Positions 26,470 through 38,293 of a stretch of DNA of 64,000 bases are shown piece after piece. Location of the stretch: assembly GCA_965112155.1 (NCBI GenBank), contig OZ218113.1. One strand, 5' to 3'. Made by a program: the position numbers and the translations under genes. Position 1 is the stretch's first letter; each line of letters opens with the position of its first letter. Under the pieces are notes generated by a model. The model did not search any database. It had not been told where the DNA came from and was given only the letters and a program-made list of their open reading frames with translations. Origin of the DNA: Podarcis liolepis. Lineage: Eukaryota.

Positions 26470-27749
26470 GTTTGGATAAACCCTTATGGCAATTTATGCT
26501 GGCATAGGAGTCTTCCTTATATACAAATCTAGACCTTTTTGCTGAGGTCTCAGAGATAGAAGACAGAAGATAAGAGTGGTGGGGATGGTTGGATAAATGG
26601 GGTTTTGCAGATATCCAGTAAATAGGCTAAATTTGATTGAGACTAGCTCAATGGACTTTAAGAGAAACAGAGGGCAAAGGCGTTATGTGGCAAGTCAATT
26701 CTCTGTCAGTGTTTTGACAGGGTGTGGGGGTGTGGAGTTGCAGGAAACTGAGGCAAGAGCGAGGCAATGTTGGGAGTCGCATCCCTTATGTAAGAAAGTC
26801 ACACCCCTTATGTAACCCAGGGGTCACTGTGCTTTGCAGGAGCACCGTGTGATATAGGAATTGGTCACCTCCCCTTTGGAACTCCCTCCCACTAGACATT
26901 TAGACAGGCAGCGGCTCTGTATGCCTTTTCAATGTTAGGAAGACAGGAAGCTGTCTCATACCGAGTCAGACTATTGGTCTAGCTTGCTCCGTATTGTCTT
27001 CACCGCAGGAGTATTTCCCAGCCCTACCAGGAGATGCCTTTGAGGACTGAACTAGGGACCGAAGCAGATGCGCTGCCACTGAGCCACAGGTCTTCCTCTT
27101 TCAACAATCCCTTTAAGTGTCTTTATTCCGCATCTGTGCTGAAATCATTTTAAACTGTGCTTATATGCAGAGTTGTTTCTAAAGACTTGTACAGCACTAA
27201 CTTGCTGCCTGATTGAGGTTGAAAAACCATGTGTGCTGCCTTGAGCTCCTAGAGGATAGGTGGACTATAAATGCAAATGAGTCAATAAATAAAGTTGAAT
27301 TTTAGTACATTTCCTTTTCAAAAACCAAGGGAAATACAGTAAGAAAAAGCTGCTGCTTTCAGACTGGAGTTAAGGCTATCTCTGCAAAGCTGATAAAATT
27401 AGAAGCTAAGGCTGATGCTTAAACTACCAGAGGTGCCCCATGATTAGTTATGGATGTGGTACAATGTCACATATTGGGCTTTCATGTAACTTGTGCTCCA
27501 TGTGCCCCCACTGACCCCACTTCCTTGGTCTTTCAGGCCTTAATCTGGATAGAGAGGATGGGGTGCTTGGCTGAGACCAGGACGCCCTCACACAAACACA
27601 TTGTTTTGGTCTTCTATTTCCTCAGGAAACACCTGAGCCTTCCATATTTGCCCAAAGAACCCTCCTGTGAGCTGACTCCATCAACTTGCCAGCTTTGCCT
27701 TGTTCTTTCAGTAAAGTCATGACAAACATTTCCAGTCATTTGAGTTGCA

Positions 27750-27755
27750 TTTATT
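27750..27755 (-). terminator. polyadenylation signal AATAAA
   Basis: Plus-strand tttatt, about 280 nt into the predicted terminal exon. Confidence 0.45.
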
Positions 27756-28008
27756 ATTCATATAAAAATAATTCGGTACATTCCCCCCTTTTAAACCACA
27801 CACCCCGCCTACAACGAAGGCAAGGTCTACAAAAATAATGACACTCATAAGCCTCTTTGCTTCAATAGCGCTGCATTTCTGAAGTCGTCATAGTCCTGGT
27901 CCAATTAAAAAGGACAAAAAGAAACAGGCTTGGCCATCATGAAGCACATGCAAGAACATCACAGGAATCGTTTTCAGCAGTTGTGCTGCAAGAATCTGCT
28001 GCAGAATC

Positions 28009-28033
28009 GCTTTGGTCATTCTATACTGCATCT
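28009..28033 (-). promoter_or_regulatory. extended miR-9-5p target site (seed plus 3' pairing)
   Basis: RNA 5'-AGAUGCAGUAUAGAAUGACCAAAGC-3' pairs miR-9-5p nt 2-21 with 17 Watson-Crick pairs, 3 G:U pairs and two single-A bulges. Confidence 0.6.
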
Positions 28034-30587
28034 ACCTGAGGGAGACAAGGAGGAAGGGGGGGAGGCAAGAGAAAGAGATTTAAAAACAAATTTATGTAAC
28101 AGACTGTTCATTTCGGTTTGGTGCCCCTGCCACCAAATTCAAAGCCACCTCTAGGCCATACCACTTTTGTTTCAGATAACAACACTGAGGGAGGTTAAGC
28201 CCTTACTCCGCTCGTGTGTGTATCATGCTGGATGCAGCCAGTGGACCATTTATCGAAAAGGGTTGGGAGCTTCCAGGACTCTCAGTTTGGCACTTGTGAC
28301 ACGTCCAAGCCCCACACACCCTTTCCCCAGGCCACTAGTCTTGCTTCAAACTCTCCTTCAAAGTTTTCCCCTGTTCATTCATCTTCCTTCAAAGATTTTG
28401 CCTGTGAACTCTGATAATGCAACTTGCTAGTCTGGATGGGAGGACAGAGAGGGATGTGTGAGTGAGTTTAGAAGCTACCGTTACCAAGGTAACATTTCCG
28501 TGAGAACTTAGGGAGAGCCTGCTGGCTATCAGGCCAATGGCCCATTTAGTCCAGCATCCTGTTCTCACAATGGTCAACGAGATGTCTGTGGGAAACCTGC
28601 AAACAGGATTTGAGCACCAGAGCCCTCTCCCCTTCTATGGCTTCCCAAGAACTGGTATTCAAGAATCCATGGCAAGAATCAATTTTAGAATTTCTCCAAG
28701 TTAATATGGAATCCCAGGGGGGTAGGATGCAGACGAGAAGATACATATTGGAACAACGAAGTTAGATGAATGGGTGAAACCATTTCAGTCCTTGTATGAA
28801 GGCCTCCAGGCTTGAATCATAAGTATCTGGCAGGCCACAAATGATCCAGATGGTACTTTGATCCCATCTAGACTTTCCACAATTGCACACCTGTATCCCA
28901 CACTAAAATCCTAGCCCAGCTGTAAACATCTACTATTGATATTTCTATCTAGAGGAAAGCAGAATGGCAAAGACTGACCTATGTCTTTGCCATCCTGGTG
29001 TCCTCCAGACGGTTTTAGACCACAACTCCCATCAGCCCAGCCAGCACGGCTTTAGGATGCAGGGTCTTATGGGAGCTGAAGTCCAAAACATCTGGAGGAT
29101 GCTGAGGTGGCAAAGGGTATGGTCGGCAGTGACAGAACTGTGTCCTCTCAGGAGCAAATGCATTTGCACCTAACTAGCCACATCCTAGCCTTATTTATTA
29201 CTTTTTTCAAATTAAATGACATTATTTTCTTATTTAAAAAACAAACAAACAGGGGAGAACACACACACACACGTCCCATGCCTCCCTTATAAAATTGCCA
29301 AGGTTTTTACCAAAAGGCACACGGAGTTGGAAGCAGGTGGTACAAACCAGTCGAGATCCCCAAAGCAGAAGCATGTGGTCAGATTAAAAAGCTCAATCCC
29401 CCCACCCAGCCTTTGATGGAGGGCAAATCCGAACAATTATAATGAAGGGGCTTATTTCTCAGACTCTTTCTGGCTGCAGTCATTGGAACGAGCAACACTT
29501 AATAATTCCCTTTCATGGACAACCTGCATATAATTGTGATGTCTTGTTTCTCTATCAGCTGGTGATGAGCCTGTCTTTACGGGGAGGGAAGTGCCTGCAA
29601 AGTGGGGTGGCCACCGAGATACTGTTGGGCTAAAACTGCCTCTGTTCCTGCCCACAGACAAAGCTGGTTGGGGCTGGAGGGTGTAAGGAGTTCAAGAGCA
29701 GCTGGAGGACCATAGATTCTCCACCTCTGTAGGTTTGCAAAGGCACAGCAGGAAAGGAAGTGTCCACAGAGGCATGTTCCTGTTGGTTGAGGTCATATTC
29801 TGCCCCCACTACATGGCAACGCTTTCCTTCCCAGGAGTTAAGGAGATGCTACTGATACAGGAAGAGTACACCAGGGTTCCTCAAGGTTTCTAAACTTGCC
29901 TTTGGTTTCCAGGACAAAGAGCAGGTTTTGCCCACTTTTGCCCAGTTCTCCCAGATTGCAGTCTTGGTCCCTCACTACTGAATGGGGAGCCATCAACCAC
30001 TGGGCAAAATCCTACCTTCATCAGAACAGGACATATGAATTGAAATCCTTCTTCACACAGCATATAATTTAAACTATGGAACTTGCTCCCACGGGAAGCA
30101 GTGGTGGCCATCAACTTGGCTGGCTTTAAAAGAGGATTAGACAAATTCATGCAGAAGAAGGGTGTCAGTGGCTGCTAGCCCTCTCGACCTAACCGACTTC
30201 ACAGGATTGTTGTGAGGTTAAAATGGAGAAGGGGAAGAACTGTATAGGCCACCTTGAGCTCTTTGGGAAAAGGGTGGGGGTATGTGTATTAATTAAATGC
30301 TTGATGAACATGGTTCTGACCATTTTTCATGCGTGCCTGTCTCGACGCTTTAGATTAATGTGGACTTAATGTGGACTTTCTTAAAAAGTCACCACCAAAA
30401 TTCATCAGCAGTGGAGATTCCTCCTAATACACACACACAAGTGCAAAGCAATTCCCCCAAATATAATGCATCTTTGTACGTTACAACAGGAGCAACTGAA
30501 GAGCAGGTAAACCCTTGAACCATCTTCCTGGTTGGCTTCTGCTGCTACTCTCCCTGAATTGGAAGGGACTTCAAGGGTCCTCTAGTC

Positions 30588-30725
30588 CAGCGGTTCTCAA
30601 CCTGTGGGTCCCCAGATGTTGTTGGACTACAACTCCCATCATCACTGAGCTCTGGCCTTGCTAGCTAGGGGTGATGGGAGTTGTAGTTCAACAACATCTG
30701 GGGACCCACAGGTTGAGAAAGGCTG
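30588..30725. mobile_element. hAT fold-back MITE with SPIN-like termini
   Basis: cagcggttctcaacctgtgggtc... with TSD CTCTAGTC; inserted in a CR1 tail. Confidence 0.88.
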
Positions 30726-33289
30726 CTCTAGTCCAAGCCCCTGCAGATGCAGGAACCACAACTAACAAATCCCTGATAAAAGGCCACCCAACCTCTGTTG
30801 TAAAACCTCCAATTCCACTGAAAGGAGAGATGCCAGACAATCCCTGGAAGACCCACCCACCACCGATTTACAGCAGCTGGCCTTGACACTGGACTTCTGG
30901 GTTGTTTGGGGAGATGAGAAGGGGGAGATGGGTTAATGTGAATGGTCTGGGGGTTGATCCTTAGATGTTATGTTTCTCTGCTGGTAAGTAGGTGGGAGCA
31001 TTGCTGTGTTTATTGTTGCTAATATTTTCTATTACTTTTTTGGGAGGGGGCTGGTATTTTGTTTCTGTTTTCCGAATACGTTGCATGCAATGTGATACTT
31101 CCCTTTTTATTGTTTTAGATCTTATGCACTGTAAATCACTTGGAGACCCTTGCGTGACAATAAACAAATAAGTTGAGTTAATAAACAAAACAACAAATTA
31201 CCATACTTGGGATGGAGGGCTTCGTTGCAAAATTCATAGAAGTGCGAATTTGGGTGGGGGATGGCTGCATTTCTGGTTTTTATGCATTCGTTCAGAAAGT
31301 GCAAATTTTGTAGGATTGCCTTTGAATGTAAACTGAACTTAGTTTCTCCTCCCACCCCTGAGCAGAAGAGGGAGTCCCAAAGGGTGGAAGGAGGCAGGAG
31401 GAGCCCCAGCTGAAATCTTGCCCTTCTGGTTGCGGAAGAAAATCCATGATGTTCAACTGATCAGTCAAATGCCTATAATTCTTCATTCCAGTGTATCGTG
31501 TGGTATTAAATGCTAGGAATTGGGTGCATGGAGTCAAAATGAAAAAAGGAAACAATTCCCCAATCCTTTAAAACCCCAGCCTTTGCCAGGCGTTATCTGG
31601 AGAGGTGGCGAATCAGGCTGAGGAGGAGTGGATAGGGAGAAGGTCCCCACTGGCAACATTGCCATTTATACAACCAAGGTCTCAATGAGGCTTTCATAAT
31701 AAACAGGCCTCGGTGAAAACAGCCCCAAGTGCTTGCAAGGGCTGCCATTATATTATCTCCTGCAGTTTGTACACAGTGGTCATTACAGATTCATTTGCTT
31801 TCCCAAGGCGGCAGGCGCAGAAGTCTCCCTCTCTTTGTCCCTTCTCCGTTTTCTCCCCACCTCGCAAGCCCTCCGTGCTAACCAACTCCCTCTCTCTCTC
31901 TCTCTCTCTCCCCCTTATTTATTTTTATATTAGCATCTTATTTACAGTTTGACAGAGTTAACAGTATCCCTTGCAAACCATTCTGTTGGCTTTAATCGGG
32001 GGAATAATAGGCGCTGTCTGGAGATGAATAGAGTTTAGGGGGCCAATTGTTCCGCAAAATGGAAGCAGTGGGGGTAATTTATTTATGTGGGCACATGTCG
32101 GGAGGAGAATAGGCCGGGGGGATCAGTATGCAGGCGAGGATACGGACGGAATTGAGGGGGGGAGGGGGGAAAACCCAGAAAACCCTGAGCAGAACAGCCA
32201 ACAATCCACTCTTCACCCCTCCTCACCCACCCTTGAGAACCAAAGGCCTCCGGTGGCCATGAACTTGAGGGGAATCTAAATGTCCCATTCCCAGGCCCTC
32301 TGTACTTCTTGGGGCCACGATCAGTCCCGCCTGTGGGGATGTAGGCCTCAGGCTCCAGATGGGCCCACTGAAGGCCGTCCCCACCTCCCCGCATAGTGAT
32401 AGACAACATGACATGTCCCTTAGCAACCGTACAGTAGCCAGGGCGCAGCAGGGGTCTGGGAAGAGAGGCAGAGCCCTCACGAAAATACAGGAGGGACCCA
32501 GACAATGGCGCAAACCCCTGTCATAAATTACACGGCAGCTACAACAGCCGAGCCATCTCCTCCAACATCTTGGGCAAAGATGTTCTGGCCATTCATGCAC
32601 TAGTGGCATGGGTGTTTTTTACAGGAGAGCCTCAACGCTCTTTCCTCTTCACTTTCTCTCCCCTTCTCTTGTAATGCTAAAACCCAACGGGGACATCCAA
32701 ATGAAGCTGGATGTGGGAAGGTTCAGGACCAAAAAAACCAGGAAGAGCTTCTACAGTTAATCTGTGGGATTCAGTGACACAGGATGTAGTTGTAAAGCAA
32801 CTCAAGACAGCTTTACAAGGGGATTAGACAAATGGGTGGAGGGTGATTCTGCCAAGGGTTCTTTAGCTGTGATTTCTGCATTGCAGGGGGTTCGGCTAGA
32901 TGACCCTTTGGATCCCTTCCAACTCTACAATTCTGAGTTTATCTATAAGGCTATCCATGGCTACTAGCCATGATGGCTGTGCACTACCTCCATGGCTACC
33001 TCCAGAGACAAGTTGTTGAGAATCACAAGTGGAGAGGGCGCTGCTGTTGCAATCAGGTCCTGCCTATGGGCTTGCCATGGACATCTGGTTGGCCAGTGTG
33101 GGAAGCTGGATGCTGGACTAGATGAGCCTTTGGGCCAGTAGCCAGGTCTTCCTATGTTCTCATTTCCCAGCCCCACGAGGACTTACAGAATGATGTCACA
33201 TCGATTTGGTGGGCAGCGGAAGCCATGACACTTACACCACTTTGAAATCATCCCAAATATGCAATGCGGATGCAGCATTCCAAATCTTA

Positions 33290-33512
33290 GGGCTTATCCA
33301 CACTTCCTCTTCTCCTGCTGCTTTCCCCCCAGGGAAAACTGCTCTTTAACGCACAGTTGGAACAAACAGCAATTCGCCTTTCCCCTCCATTGTCAGTTGT
33401 TCCGATCTATTGCTAAAGAGCAGGTTTTCCCTTGGAAAGGAAGGGGGCAAGAGGAAAACTGCTTGGACCCATGCTTCCTTGGCAACGCACAAGCAAAAGT
33501 GTAGATGAGCCC
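33290..33512. mobile_element. PIF/Harbinger-type fold-back MITE
   Basis: TIR gggcttatccacactt / aagtgtagatgagccc with 3-bp TTA TSD. Confidence 0.75.
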
Positions 33513-34174
33513 TTAGATGTGCTGTTTCAGTGGACACACAACTTTCCCATAACACCACCAAGCTGGATCTGCTCTAACAGAATGGAGCCAAAATCTTTTG
33601 CGTTACTTTTATGCCACATGCAATGGGACTTGTTCTGAAGGGAAGGGGGCCATAACTTTAGTGACCTAGTGTATGCTTCTCTTACAATTCCTAGCATCTC
33701 TTCAGCTCGCAGTGCCTGACTCAGTACAAGGCCCCGTGAACATATGCAGGGGTAGGGAAAGACAGAGAAAATTTGAAGTGGTAGACTAGGCTGGCACCAG
33801 TGCAAGCCAAGGTGCCATTTCCCCCGTACAAAATCCCTGCAAGTAGAGTACTAGCACACCAGGGAGAGAGAACCTAGCCTGCTTCCTGCTGAGCAGGTTT
33901 TCCTCTTACGGGAACACTGAAAACTATGCTCTTTCATACGTCAGTATGTGTAGACCAGGTCAAAGGCATCATCGTATGTCAGAACCCATAGTTCAGTGGG
34001 AAGTCCCAGGCTGTATCTCTGAAGTCTCCTGTCAGGGCCAGCCCAGGAAATTTTCCTGTTAGAGGCAAAGCAAAAAATGCTAGGCTGGGGCACCTCCATA
34101 AAGGAAGAATAGGCCGACAAGCGTAAGAGGCAGATCTGCTGCTCTCCCAACTGTGTGGAGCATGCTGTTCTGAG

Positions 34175-34435
34175 GAGAGCCAGTGTGGTGTAGTGGTTAA
34201 GAGCAGTGGACTCGTAATCTGGTGAAACAGGTTCGATTCCCCAGTCCTCCATATGCAGCTGCTGAGTGACCTTGGGCTAGTCACACTTCTTTGAAGTCTC
34301 TCAGCCCCACTCACCTCACAGAGTGTTTGTTGTGGGGGAGGAAGGGAAAGGAGAATGTTAGCCGCTTTGAGACTCCTTAGGGTAGTGATAAAGCGGGATA
34401 TAAAATCCAAGCTCTTCTTCTTCTTCTTCTTCTTC
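34175..34435 (+). mobile_element. tRNA-derived SINE, Squam3-type with (CTT)n tail
   Basis: gagagccagtgtggtgtagtgg head, (ttc)n tail and probable TSD TTCTGAGG. Confidence 0.88.
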
Positions 34436-36078
34436 TGAGGCCACTGCCTCACGAGTGGTCCGGCCCTGTCTCCAGTTAAAGTGACTGGGTAAGAGTTTTT
34501 TCCCCTCTCTCTCTCTCTTCCTCAAAGCAGCTGCCAACTGCCTGACTCAGAACATGTCAGCTTCATGGATCAGTCCACAGAGCACATGCTGAAGGCTTTC
34601 CAAGGTTCAATCCCCAGTGGATCAAGTTGGATGGTGGCTCTTTTTAAGAGTTCAGCCAGGCCTGCTATCAGCGAGGGGAAGCAATGCTAAACTAGCCAGT
34701 GGAGATTAGGAGCTTCATCAGTCATCCAGTGTAAAGAGAGGGATGGAATATGAGCCTTAGGGTCATTAGGCTGTAGCAACAAATATTAAGAGACACGCTT
34801 GGAACTGTCCAGCTTGCAAAGCCTCTCTGCAGTCTCCCAGAAGCCAAATAAATCTATGCAAAATAACAGAAAATAAAATTCACTCTCATAACGGCATTCT
34901 GCACACAGTTTGGCTCTCCGCCATGCCATATTTGGATCCTTCTTTGAGGACAAAATGCACACATATATTCACAGATCTCTAGCATAAAGTTCTTTTTAAA
35001 ATAGGGTTAAGGACATAAGAAGAGCTTGCTGGATCAGGCCAATGGCCCATCTAGTCCAGCATCCTGTTCTCACAGTGGCTGCCCAGATGCCTGTGGCTGC
35101 CCTCTGCCCTCCTGCAGTTTCCAGCAAATGGGATTCGGAAGCACTGCTTCCTCTAACTGCAAAGTCAGAGCATAGCCTTCTTTTAAAGCTATCCAGTTTG
35201 CTGGCCATCACTCCCTCAAGTGGCTGAGAGTTCCATAGTTCAACTAAGTCCCGTGTGAAGAAGATGAATCTGCATTCAACTTGCTGGTGCCTTCCAGGTG
35301 TGCTGGACTACAGTTTCCATCATCCCCAGGTAAACGACTGCAGAACCATATAAATGATTAGACTGGACCATGGCAGAACCCACAGAGGCACATTGTGGCT
35401 CCAACTCCATAAGCTACATGAGGTCAAGTAAAGCAGTTGGCTGTTGTTGGGGAGGAAAATACAAGCGCAGCCAAGTTGTAGGAAAGGGAAATAAAATTCC
35501 ACAGCCTCCCAGGAATACAATGATGCTCTATTCCATAGATCTCAGAGGCTAATCCTCTTCCTTATTAATTGGCATTTGGGCTAAGCTGATTTAAACCTCT
35601 TCACCCTGTTGGGAGACGTCCCCCCCCCCCCAGGCAAGAGTTTTCTTTCTTCACTCTCTCTCTCTCTGGCCCAAAAAACAACGCTGTCATCACCACGACA
35701 CACAATGGCATCTTTGTATGAGGAGTTGGGGGGAGAAGGAATACTGAACCAACTCTGGAACAATTAAGAGTTTTGTGAATTAAGCAGGTCGTTGGCAATG
35801 GAACTGCTTTGGTGGGGCTTCGTTAATCAATGTGCCGTCTACACCGCAGCCCGGTCCTTTCACAATTCCTCCCCCCACCCCAGCCCCGCAATTCCCTTCA
35901 CCCAGCAACCCTTTGGCCTCCACTCAGCTAACTAACCTTTTGCTCAGGTCAGCCTTTGACAAGCCTACCAGCACCACAGAGGGGGGGAAATACCTCTTGT
36001 TGGGAAGGGGGTCTGAGCGTGAGCACACACAGGGGGCTTGCTGAGGGAGTGAAGAAGAATACAGAAAGCAGGACTCAC

Positions 36079-36122
36079 TTCATCGACTCTGCTATGGTAG
36101 GCCAACCCCATCAGGGTTGCCT
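36079..36122 (-). other. predicted 44-nt internal exon
   Basis: Acceptor ctgcttcccatctctcccacag| and donor GAA|GTGAGT on the minus strand. Confidence 0.5.
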
Positions 36123-37261
36123 CTGTGGGAGAGATGGGAAGCAGAGGGGTCCTTCCATCAGCTTTCTGAAAGCCCAGCTCCATCAGGCACTTCCTAGACC
36201 AGCTGGTCATTTCTGGAACAGCCATTTAGAAATGGATGCCCAAGTTGTGATTCTGATCTTCCTCTTCCCTCCTTGTCCCTTTTCCCTTGTGTGTCATGTC
36301 TTTTAATTGTAGGGATGGTCTTGTTTTGTTCGTATGTAAAAAGCTGTGGGAGCCTTTTTGGCTGAAGAGTGAGCTGCAAATGCTCCGACTAAAATAAATA
36401 TCTCTCTTGTGTGAAGGTGCTATGGACACAAATGGACCCAGATGTCTCCTGAAGCTGCTCCAGAAGGTCCCATCAGAGGTCCTTCTTTCCTGCTCATGCC
36501 CTGCACTGACTGGCAGCAGCTCTCCATGATTTCAGGCAGGAACCTCTCACAGCCCTACCTGGAGATTCCAGGGACTGAATTTGGGGACTTCTGCATTCAA
36601 GGCAGATGCTCTGCCACTGAGCTAAGCCTCCCCCCCCACCTCCCTGTTTCAGAACATTTGGAAGGGCATAGTTATTTTATTTGATAAAGAGAAATGGATT
36701 TTAAAAAATAAAGAACAAATTGATAGCCTTCCTTCTCTCCCTCCCTCCCCCCCTCTCTCTCTGTGTGTGTTAGGGATGGGCAAATCTGTCACTGCTGGTT
36801 TCTTTCAGTTCCCCATTTTGCCATTCTTAAATTCAGTTCTCAGTTCCACATCTGCTTGATATATATGTGTGTGTGCCTCCATCCTGGCTGGTGGGGGCTT
36901 ATTTTGAATAGATTTGCATAGGACTGGCAATTCAAGTCTGAGTAAGCTATAATGAAAAGTGAAGCAGGTGATCTTTATTCCAGATTAGTTAATCCAGAAT
37001 TCTTCTGCTCCTGGCTCGTGGCCTTCAACTAGATAATCCTGGAGAGAATGAACCCCTCAAGAGAAAAAGGGTTGCCTAGCCCTGCTCCAGAAGATGCCAC
37101 CATGGCCAACACAGTCTTCTGAGGAAAAGGGCATCACACCAGCACAGCTGAAGCAGTAAATAGCTTCCAGCCTAGATAATGTTTAGATTAAGGTCTCAGC
37201 TGCAACATTTCCCGTTCACCTGTAGTAATGGAGGAAGGCCTTCTAACAGCAAACACACTGA

Positions 37262-37490
37262 ATGCTGGTGTGGTATAGTGGTTAGTGTGTCAGACCAGGC
37301 CTGAGAGACTAGGGTTCAAATCCCCACTCAGCCATGGAGCTCACTAAGTGACCTTGGGCCAGTCACCCCCTCTTAGCCTAACCTACCTCACAGGGTTGTT
37401 GTGGGGGTTAATTTAGGAGGGGGAGCACCATGTATGTCACCTTGATCTTGGAGAAAATGGAGGGATATGAAATGCATTAAATAAAATAGC
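37262..37490 (+). mobile_element. older Squam3-like SINE (related copies ~18520-18733 -, 23530-23880 -, 47410-47767 -, 61800-61995 -, 62583-62790 +)
   Basis: Shared tRNA head and cctacctcacagggttgttgtg core, with an AT-rich tail. Confidence 0.7.
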
Positions 37491-37609
37491 ATGTGAATAA
37501 CTGAGAGATCTGACTTTCACTAAAGTGTCTAATGCTATAAAACCTGATCCAACAATGCTTCTTCCATGGTCTCTTTTGCTCTGCAGCTTGCTGTTTCATG
37601 AGTCAAGTT

Positions 37610-38293
37610 GTGAATGTGAAAAGGATCTAGGAGTCTTGGTTGACCACAAACTTGACATGAGCCAACAGTGTAATGCAGCAGCTAAAAAAGCCAATGCAAT
37701 TCTAGGCTGCATCAATAGGAGTATAGCATCTAGATCAAGGGAAGTAATAGTGCCACTGTATTCTGCTCTGGTCAGACCTCCCCTGGAGTACTGTGTCCAG
37801 TTCTGGGCACCACAGTTCAAGAAGGACACTGACAAACTGGAACGTGTCCAGAGGAGGGCAACCAAAATGGTCAAAGGCCTGGAAACGATGCCTTATGAGG
37901 AACGGCTAAGGGAGCTGGGCATGTTTAGCCTGGAGAAGAGGAGGTTAAGGGGTGATATGATAGCCATGTTCAAATATATAAAAGGATGTCACATAGAGGA
38001 GGGAGAAAGGTTGTTTTCTGCTGCTCCAGAGAAGTGGACACGGAGCAATGGATCCAAACTACAAGAAAGAAAATTCCACCTAAACATTAGGAAGAACTTC
38101 CTGACAGTAAGAGCTGTTCGACAGTGGAATTTGCTGCCAGGGAGTGTGGTGGAGTCTCCTACTTTGGAGGTCTTTAAGCAGAGGCTTGACAACCATATGT
38201 CAGGAGTGCTCTGATGGTGTTTCCTGCTTGGCAGGGGGTTGGACTCGATGGCCCTTGTGGTCTCTTCCAACTCTATGATTCTATGATTCTATG
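37610..38293 (+). mobile_element. CR1 LINE, 5'-truncated young copy with intact ORF2 C-terminus
   Basis: [18 protein letters not shown]...[19 protein letters not shown]... is typical CR1 ORF2, and the copy ends in an (ATTCTATG)n tail. Confidence 0.95.

Larger units (their letters stand above)
27730..28035 (-). other. predicted terminal exon carrying a miR-9-5p complementary site
   Basis: Long pyrimidine tract tctttctcttgcctcccccccttcctccttgtctccctcag| at 28036. AATAAA at 27755-27750 is followed by T/G-rich tgtttgtc. The sequence is repeat-free. Confidence 0.55.

Noticed and set aside
28009-28070. Decayed plus-strand mir-9 paralogue
   Set aside because: No 3p arm or hairpin follows the 5p-like sequence. 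The substitution pattern fits a minus-strand target site instead.
37525-38214. 229-aa ORF with an apparent signal peptide
   Set aside because: This is the CR1 ORF2 C-terminus. The N-terminal 28 residues are chance read-through of flanking DNA from a GTG start.
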